A stretch of DNA of 64,000 bases. Source: Candidatus Latescibacterota bacterium (GTDB lineage: Bacteria; Latescibacterota; UBA2968; UBA8231). Shown piece by piece: positions 57,656 to 64,000 of the stretch (the stretch's first letter is position 1; every line of letters begins with the position of its first letter). Under the pieces are notes generated by a model. The model searched no databases. It was not told where the DNA came from and saw only the letters and a list, made by a program, of their open reading frames with translations. The translations under genes were made by a program, and so were the position numbers. The stretch spans positions 2,080,001-2,144,000 of the forward strand of contig OZ241867.1 of assembly GCA_965203175.1 (NCBI GenBank), read 5' to 3'.

Positions 57656-58304
57656 CTACGTAGATCTGTACAATCACGACGAGGATGCGGCTACCTATGA
57701 TCGGGATGTGCTTAGATCTGAAGATCCTATTCGGGAGGGCTATACTGAGGTCCTCGACTGGATCGCACAGAACGCTGGCATCACCCAAGACTCGGTCGTT
57801 ATAGAGCTTGGTTCTGGGACTGGAAATTTGACCGCTCGCTTACCGCCGTGCCAGTCTCTTGTTTGCGTCGATGTCTCTGCTGAAATGAGTAAGATCGCCC
57901 AACAAAAGCTCGATGGCGCATCCCATATCTCGTATGTGCAAGAGGATATACTGGAGTACTTCGACGCCGATCCTCCTCCATTCGATGTCGCGCTTAGTAC
58001 ATACGTCGTACATCATCTCACTCAGCAGGAGAAAGAATTTCTATTTGACCAGCTCGTAAGGCGGCTATTGCCTGGGGGACGTGCGCTATTTGGGGATCTA
58101 ATGTTGGGGAGCTCACAGGAAGAACGGGTTTTGATTGATCGCTATCGTTCCATTGGCGACGACGCTACAGCGGACGCCATTGAAGAAGAGTTTTTTTGGC
58201 ACGTCGATGCGTCTGTCGGATACCTGCGTAGTCTGGGTCTCTCCGTGGAGACGATCAGATTCTCCACTCTGTCGTGGGGAATCAAGATTCAGGTGCCAAG
58301 GTGA
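57645..58304 (+). CDS. Class I SAM-dependent methyltransferase
   Basis: IELGSGTG, VDVS, YVVHHL, LLPGG; GGAGG RBS. Confidence 0.9.
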   Translation: MRSSYVDLYNHDEDAATYDRDVLRSEDPIREGYTEVLDWIAQNAGITQDSVVIELGSGTGNLTARLPPCQSLVCVDVSAEMSKIAQQKLDGASHISYVQEDILEYFDADPPPFDVALSTYVVHHLTQQEKEFLFDQLVRRLLPGGRALFGDLMLGSSQEERVLIDRYRSIGDDATADAIEEEFFWHVDASVGYLRSLGLSVETIRFSTLSWGIKIQVPR

Positions 58305-58311
58305 ACTGGCT

Positions 58312-59118
58312 ATGAACAGCATGCACGATTCCAACCGACGTCACTGGAACGAAGCCGCTAAGCAGTGGGAGTGGCTTCGCGACAAGGACGGATTGTGGCA
58401 GCGTTGCCCCAACGAGCCTGATCTCGGCTTTGCCGGCGGCGCGCTTCAACTGATTCGCGAGGCTGCCGGCAATATAGCGGGCAAGGATGTGTGCGTCATT
58501 GGCAGCGGCGATAACTACGCGGCGTTTGCCCTTGCTGGAATGGGGGCAAACGTCACGTCGATAGATATCTCTGAGCAGCAGCTAGAAGTGGCCGCTAGAC
58601 GAGCGGAGCAGCTAGGGTTATCTATCGCCTTCGTGCAAGCCGATGCTGCCGAGCTAAAGTCTATAGGAGATGAGGGGTTCGACCTAGTCTGTTCTTCTAA
58701 CGGGTTTTTCGTTTGGATTGCAGATTTGCACTCGGTTTTCAATGAGATCTTTCGCATCCTGCGTCTAGGGGGCCACTACGTCTTCTATGATATTCATCCG
58801 TTCCAGCGGCCTTGGAAAGATCAGGTTAGACCGATTGAGGTTGAGAAGCCCTATTGGGAAACTGGGTCCATTGAGAGCGAGAAGAATGGCACATTTGAGT
58901 TCAACTGGACACTGGCGGACATTCTCAATCCCGTGGCGACCTCGGGATTCATCTTGCGGCAAATTTTGGAGCGTCCTGCTGAGGATTCGAGATACTGGCA
59001 GGACTCTTCATATCTGTCGGGGACTGATGAGCGTCTGTTGGACTGGAACGAGAACCCCCGGGCCGCACTGCCAGTCTGGCTCACAGTAGCTTTGCAGAGG
59101 CCAGCGCAATACAAGTAG
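58312..59118 (+). CDS. Class I SAM-dependent methyltransferase
   Basis: VCVIGSGD, IDISEQQL, FDLV, LRLGG, DIHPF. Confidence 0.88.
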   Translation: MNSMHDSNRRHWNEAAKQWEWLRDKDGLWQRCPNEPDLGFAGGALQLIREAAGNIAGKDVCVIGSGDNYAAFALAGMGANVTSIDISEQQLEVAARRAEQLGLSIAFVQADAAELKSIGDEGFDLVCSSNGFFVWIADLHSVFNEIFRILRLGGHYVFYDIHPFQRPWKDQVRPIEVEKPYWETGSIESEKNGTFEFNWTLADILNPVATSGFILRQILERPAEDSRYWQDSSYLSGTDERLLDWNENPRAALPVWLTVALQRPAQYK

Positions 59119-59141
59119 CGACAAAGGCCGCTTCGTTGCTC

Positions 59142-60968
59142 CTATCCAGCGGCCCGTTGACTATCCAGCAAAAAGCCTTCGGCCTGCATGTTGAACAGTT
59201 CGGCGTAGAGTCCGTCTTGGGCCATTAGCTCTCGGTGACTGCCGCGCTCGGCAATGCGTCCCTGCTGAAACACGTAGATCGTATCTGCCATGCGGACGGT
59301 CGAAAAGCGGTGCGAGATGAGGATGGTGGTCTTGCCGGCGGTCAGTTCGAGGAAGCGTTGGAAAATGTCGTATTCGGCGCGGGCATCGAGGACGCTGGTC
59401 GGCTCGTCCAAAACGAGGATGTCGGAGTGGCGAAAAAAAGCGCGCGCTAAGGCGATCTTCTGCCACTGTCCGCCCGATAGGTCGGTGCCGCGCTCGAACC
59501 AAGAGCCGATGCGGGTCTGATAGCCCTCGTCCAGCGTCTCGATGAATTCGCGCAAGCCAGCTTTCTCGGCCGCGGCCGCGATGCCGTCCAAATCGTCGAG
59601 TCGCTCGTATTGCGCGTAGCCGATGTTCTCGGCGACCGTCCCGTGATAGCGCATATAGTCCTGAAAGATGACGCCAAAGCGCTGGCGATACGTTTCCACG
59701 TTGTATTCGCGCAGGTCGCGGCCGCCGAGGTGAATGCATCCCTCGGTTGGATCGTAGAGCCGGGTCAGCAGCTTTACAAAGGTCGTCTTGCCAGATCCGT
59801 TCTCGCCTACCAACGCAATGCGCTCGCCGGGTCGAATGGTCAGCGACACCCCTTCGATTGCGGGTTGGTCGCTCGTCGGATAGGTCAGGGAGACGTCTTC
59901 GAACACAATGCCCGAGCCGAGATCGGTCGGCACCGCGGGAAGGTTCGGTTCAGGTCTGATTTGCGGCTGTATGTCGAGAAAGGCTTGGTAGCCTTGGATG
60001 CCTTCCAGTGAGCGTTCCCAAGCCCACGTCATCCTGGAAATGCCCGATACGGCCTGATGGGCAATGAAGACGACGACAAGAGCCATGCAGGCCAGCCCTA
60101 GGGAAATTTCTTTTGCCATCACCTGCTCGACGAGCCAGTAGCCGAAACAAAGGGCGATTGCTAGAAAAGGCAGGTAGAAAACCAAATTTCTGGCTGCATT
60201 TCCTATGGTGAATAATCCCCTACTGTAGAACCGTTCGGCCGCCTCCTCGGCCATGCCTTTGAAATAGGGGATGAGACCAAACAGACGGATCTCTTTGGCC
60301 GGATGCTGGCCCGAGAGCAGATGCTCAAGGTTGGCTTTGAGCGTAAATTCCTCATCTTGTGAATCCTTCTGTGGCCGAGTCAGCCACTGGACGAGGCTCA
60401 CGACCAACAGGGCCGTCCCGGCCATGAGGATCGGCCAGCCAATCAAGGCACAGAGAACCACTAGCCCCATCGCTTCGACGCCGAGGAAAATGAAGCTATA
60501 AATCGAATCCATTACCCCGCAGGCGGTGTAATCGAGTGCGTGCCGGTTCTTCAGCAGATCCCGTTCGCCGGCGGCTTCGATTTCTGCTAGGTCGAGTTCG
60601 GCTGATTTGGCGATGAATTCACGCTGCAAAAGCATCTCAAGGTGAAATCCCGCCCGCGAACCTAGCCAATAGGCAATCTGTCGCCCGACAGCCTCCGTCG
60701 CCAGCAGCCCCCCGGCCAACAGTGCCAGCCGAGTCAGCATTGATTCGCTTTGCTGCGGATCCTCAAGCGCCACCATGAGCCAGTCCACCCCCCACCAGAT
60801 GGCAATGCAGCGCAAGATGACAAACAGTCCTTGGACCACTGAGAAAACGGCGCGGGCTACAAATAGGGCAGGAGAGGCTTCCCGCGACTTGTTGGTCGTC
60901 CACCGCATCACGTACAGCCATTCGTCTATTTGGTCCCTGAACGACTGCGGCAGTTTTATCGTTGTCAT
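59142..60968 (-). CDS. ABC exporter TMD-NBD protein
   Basis: GENGSGKT, LSGGQWQK, LDEPT, ISHRFST. Confidence 0.93.
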   Translation of the reverse strand: MTTIKLPQSFRDQIDEWLYVMRWTTNKSREASPALFVARAVFSVVQGLFVILRCIAIWWGVDWLMVALEDPQQSESMLTRLALLAGGLLATEAVGRQIAYWLGSRAGFHLEMLLQREFIAKSAELDLAEIEAAGERDLLKNRHALDYTACGVMDSIYSFIFLGVEAMGLVVLCALIGWPILMAGTALLVVSLVQWLTRPQKDSQDEEFTLKANLEHLLSGQHPAKEIRLFGLIPYFKGMAEEAAERFYSRGLFTIGNAARNLVFYLPFLAIALCFGYWLVEQVMAKEISLGLACMALVVVFIAHQAVSGISRMTWAWERSLEGIQGYQAFLDIQPQIRPEPNLPAVPTDLGSGIVFEDVSLTYPTSDQPAIEGVSLTIRPGERIALVGENGSGKTTFVKLLTRLYDPTEGCIHLGGRDLREYNVETYRQRFGVIFQDYMRYHGTVAENIGYAQYERLDDLDGIAAAAEKAGLREFIETLDEGYQTRIGSWFERGTDLSGGQWQKIALARAFFRHSDILVLDEPTSVLDARAEYDIFQRFLELTAGKTTILISHRFSTVRMADTIYVFQQGRIAERGSHRELMAQDGLYAELFNMQAEGFLLDSQRAAG

Positions 60969-61037
60969 GAGTCGGTCTCCTGTTGACAGCAGATCCGGGC
61001 AAAGGCCGAGATACAGCTTCCGGGGGAATATCGAATT

Positions 61038-61397
61038 TCAGCGCGTGGTGTCGTTTTCCAAATCGTCGAGCATCTGTTGTATCGTCGCCTGTAGAGTAGG
61101 TAACTGCTCGTGCACGGCATTCCAGAGAATTTCGTGTTTAATAGAGTCATAGCCGTGGATGAGCCGATCCCGCATTCCGGCGATGGCCCGCCACTCCACT
61201 TGGGTATAGCGATTGCGTAGGTCGTTGGGCAGGCGTTTTACTGCTTCGCCGAGAATTTCCAGTGCTCGTTCTAGGGCCAGAGTCGCTTGCCAGTCGCTCA
61301 CCAAGTCATCCAGAGTTTTGCCCGCACAAATCTCCTGTGCCCGACCGGCATATTCCTCTATTTGCCGCAGCGTAACCCGATAGTCATGCTTGCTCAT
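61038..61397 (-). CDS. hepT: HepT-like (DUF86) HEPN ribonuclease toxin
   Basis: LEILGEA, MRDRLIHGY (R-x4-H-x-Y). Confidence 0.9.
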   Translation of the reverse strand: MSKHDYRVTLRQIEEYAGRAQEICAGKTLDDLVSDWQATLALERALEILGEAVKRLPNDLRNRYTQVEWRAIAGMRDRLIHGYDSIKHEILWNAVHEQLPTLQATIQQMLDDLENDTTR

Positions 61398-61692
61398 AGA
61401 GCGGCAGCATTTCCTGACGAACGAGGGGTTCTATCCACCTATTCAGCCCTGAAAACAAATCGACCTTGTGTCCAAAAATGGCCTCTAACTCTTCATGCCA
61501 GATAAAAAATTCCCAACCCGGGGTCCGGTCAGGTAGAAACTCCACTAGCACATCTACGTCGCTGCGAACCGGATCAAAATCATCCCGCAGGACCGAGCCA
61601 AATAGACTCAGCCGGCCTATCCCGTGCGTACGGCAGAAGACGGCGATTTTTTCTCGATCAATTTTGATGGGTAAATGTTTAGCTGAGGCCAT
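61384..61692 (-). CDS. mntA: MntA-like minimal nucleotidyltransferase antitoxin
   Basis: LFGSVLRDDF...SDVDVLVEF...KVDL. Confidence 0.9.
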   Translation of the reverse strand: MASAKHLPIKIDREKIAVFCRTHGIGRLSLFGSVLRDDFDPVRSDVDVLVEFLPDRTPGWEFFIWHEELEAIFGHKVDLFSGLNRWIEPLVRQEMLPLYEQA

Positions 61693-61741
61693 AATGGAAA
61701 TTATAGAGCTTGCAGCCTGTTCAGGACCTATTTTAGGCAGA

Positions 61742-62050
61742 TTAGCCAGCGGCTGATTGCAGTCCCTTCCACGGCTTGATCTTCGCCAGATCGGCGGCGA
61801 GCGTTTCTTCCGCCACTTCGGTGTCGTACGCTATCTGGGCCCTCAGCCAGTAGCCCTTGGAGAGGTTGAAAAAGCGACACAAGCGCAGGTCCGTATCCGC
61901 TGTAATGGTCCGCTTTCCAGCTACAATCTCACTGATTCGCTGGGCGGGAACACCGATTTCTTTGGCGAGGCGATACTGCGAGAGTTCCATGGGGACCAAG
62001 AACTCCTCTCGCAGCAATTCTCCGGGCGTCACAGGGTTGAGCTTGGACAT
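61742..62050 (-). CDS. higA: HigA family antitoxin
   Basis: PGELLREEFL, SQYRLAK, ITADTDLRL, YWLRAQ. Confidence 0.92.
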   Translation of the reverse strand: MSKLNPVTPGELLREEFLVPMELSQYRLAKEIGVPAQRISEIVAGKRTITADTDLRLCRFFNLSKGYWLRAQIAYDTEVAEETLAADLAKIKPWKGLQSAAG

Positions 62051-62063
62051 ACTCTTTGTGTTC

Positions 62064-62147
62064 CTAATGGTAATCGACGATCTCGACATCTTCCGCACCG
62101 GCAGCCGACCAGCGGAAGCACACCCGAAACTGGTCGTTCACGCGAAT
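62064..62147 (-). pseudogene. higB: 3' remnant of higB toxin
   Basis: IRVNDQFRVCFRWSAAGAEDVEIVDYH* with no start codon, directly abutting the promoter. Confidence 0.88.
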
Positions 62148-62152
62148 GTAAA

Positions 62153-62181
62153 TAGTAACGTGATACGTGATTAATATCAAA
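62153..62181 (-). promoter_or_regulatory. higBA promoter with operator-like inverted repeat
   Basis: TTGATA-17bp-TACTAT on the minus strand; TAACG-N5-CGTGA; coordinates approximate. Confidence 0.65.
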
Positions 62182-62214
62182 CGGGACAATCTAGCTGCTG
62201 TGTGGCTACCGCTG

Positions 62215-63117
62215 TTATCCCTTCACCGCCCCTAGCTGAATCCCGCTGATAAACCACCGCTGAAAAAAGACGAAAACCGCGATCATCGGCACGAGCATCA
62301 ATACCGACCCCGCGCAAATCAGCCCGTAGTCGTTGACATACAGGTCCGACAGCTTGGCCAATCCCACCGGCAGCACCATCATCGAATCCGAATCCGTCAT
62401 AATCAGCGGCCAGAGAAAAGCCCGCCAACGTCCGAGGAAGGTAAAAATTGCCAAGGCCCCTAGCGCTGGCTTGGCCAGCGGCACCACCACGTGCCAAAAC
62501 ACGCCCCACGCCGAGCATCCGTCGATGAGCGCCGCCTCCTCGATCTCGCGCGAAATGCCTAGCAAAAACTGCCGCAGCATAAATGTTCCGTACGCGCTGA
62601 AACACCCCGGCGCGATGAGGGCGAAGAAACTATCTAGTCCCACTGGATGGCCGATGTAGTGACTCTTTAAGTAGAGGAAACCGCTGAAAAAATCCGTTGC
62701 TAATACCGCGTTCAGCCATTCGGGGATCTTCTTCATCAGTACGAATTGCGGGATCATCAACACGTCGGCCGGAATCATCATCGTCGATAGATAGCCGAGG
62801 AAGAGCACGTCGCGGCCCCGGAACTGCAAGCGGGCAAAGGCGTACGCCGCCAGTGCGCTAGTGGCGACTTGGACTACAGTGACGGCGGTGGCGATGAACA
62901 GCGAATTGGCGTAGTAGCGGAGGAAGGAGAAGGCGCGGAACACGCCGGCGTAATTGTCCGTTGTCCAGCGCGGCGGAATCCACCCGAGCGTCACATCGAC
63001 GTTGTACTTGAAGGAGGTGAGCAGGGTCCACACCAGCGGCACCACCATGCCGCTGAGCACGAGGAGCAAGATCGCATAGATCAGGACCGTTGATTGGTGC
63101 TGACGCCAGCGCGCCAT
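62215..63117 (-). CDS. Carbohydrate ABC transporter permease (MalG-like)
   Basis: NSLFIA, AAYAFAR, EEAALIDG EAA loop. Confidence 0.93.
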   Translation of the reverse strand: MARWRQHQSTVLIYAILLLVLSGMVVPLVWTLLTSFKYNVDVTLGWIPPRWTTDNYAGVFRAFSFLRYYANSLFIATAVTVVQVATSALAAYAFARLQFRGRDVLFLGYLSTMMIPADVLMIPQFVLMKKIPEWLNAVLATDFFSGFLYLKSHYIGHPVGLDSFFALIAPGCFSAYGTFMLRQFLLGISREIEEAALIDGCSAWGVFWHVVVPLAKPALGALAIFTFLGRWRAFLWPLIMTDSDSMMVLPVGLAKLSDLYVNDYGLICAGSVLMLVPMIAVFVFFQRWFISGIQLGAVKG

Positions 63118-64000
63118 TAGACGGCCTCCAACCGCTTGCCGCCGTAGCGCCAGTTGAGCAAGGTCGCCGCGAAAATCAGCGCGAAGAGCACCATTGAAAT
63201 CGCCGCAGCGTACCCTACTTCTAGCTGCTCGTACGCCTGGGTGTAGATGTAGTAGCTCATGGTGGTCGTCGATCCCTCGGGGCCGCCTCCGGTCATTACA
63301 TAAGCAGCTTCAAAGCCACCTTGCAGGCCGCCGATTATACTGGTGACGAGGATGAAAAAAGTCGTGGGCGCTAGCTGGGGCACGGTGATATGGACGAGCT
63401 GGGACCACCAGCCAGCGCCGTCCATTTCAGCGGCCTCGTAGAGTTCGAGCGGGATGTTTTGCAGGCCGGCCAAGTAGAGAACCATGTTGTAGCCGCCGAC
63501 GCTGGCCCAGATGAACATGATGATCAGCGCGGGCTTGGCCCAAGATGCGTCGATTAGCCACCCCGGCAGGAGCGCGGCGGCTCGCTCGGGCGCGATGCCC
63601 AATACCCCAAAAATCTGCCACAAAAGCCCATTGATGATGCCGACGTTTGGCTCGTAGGTCAGGAGCATCTTCCAGACCATATAGATGGCGATGCCCGTAC
63701 ACAGGTGGGGAATAAAGAACAGGGTGCGGAAGAAGATGCGGCCGGGCAGTTCTTTGTTTAACAGCACGGCCAAGAGCAGGGAACCGGCCATGGCGAGCGG
63801 GATGTTGAGCATCAAAAAGAGCGTGTTGCCGAGGTACTTCCAGAAGTACGGGTCGCGCGCCACCCACTCGCCATCGACTTTTTTGAAGAGCACTAGATCC
63901 GCAAAATTGTCTAGCCCGATGAAGGCGGGTGCGCCCGAGGCGAGTTGATAGCGGTAGAAGCCCATGCCCGCAGCCACTACGACCGGACCAAGCGCGAAGA
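63117..64000 (-). CDS. Carbohydrate ABC transporter permease (MalF-like), 5'-partial
   Basis: FIGLDNF, LAGLQNIP.ELYEAAEMDGA; frame stays open to the window edge. Confidence 0.92.
   Translation of the reverse strand, partial: FALGPVVVAAGMGFYRYQLASGAPAFIGLDNFADLVLFKKVDGEWVARDPYFWKYLGNTLFLMLNIPLAMAGSLLLAVLLNKELPGRIFFRTLFFIPHLCTGIAIYMVWKMLLTYEPNVGIINGLLWQIFGVLGIAPERAAALLPGWLIDASWAKPALIIMFIWASVGGYNMVLYLAGLQNIPLELYEAAEMDGAGWWSQLVHITVPQLAPTTFFILVTSIIGGLQGGFEAAYVMTGGGPEGSTTTMSYYIYTQAYEQLEVGYAAAISMVLFALIFAATLLNWRYGGKRLEAV

Noticed and set aside
1-64000. tRNA, rRNA or prophage genes
   Set aside because: None recognised by eye; a covariance-model scan was not possible

Overview
GC-rich bacterial window; the gene families suggest a host-associated Latescibacterota/Poribacteria-like lineage (inference only). 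The left half (1.8-30.8 kb) is a co-oriented array of six ~800-aa MacB/FtsX-type duplicated ABC permeases with no ATPase in view. Interleaved are four secreted proteins that share a near-constant N-terminal module (prealbumin-like domain split by a FlgD-Ig/T9SS-A-like domain, then a dockerin-like domain) and carry 13-20 variable ankyrin repeats; an extended ECF sigma factor sits near the end. The right half (33-62 kb) is an accessory/defence-rich patchwork: five toxin-antitoxin pairs, an orphan higA with a deleted higB, a Fic protein, three stand-alone HEPN-like proteins, a DUF6602-like protein, two intact IS elements (IS5/IS903 group and IS3/IS407 group, both with target duplications), oxidoreductases, methyltransferases and ABC exporters. 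The most unusual signals are (1) a DARPin-like variable ankyrin repertoire diversifying alongside the periplasmic loops of neighbouring permeases, and (2) blocks of accessory genes bounded by imperfect direct repeats of local DNA (three copies of a PNPOx-family gene 3' end, a 29-bp pair, a 47-bp promoter pair) with truncated gene stubs at many junctions and no integrase in the window.
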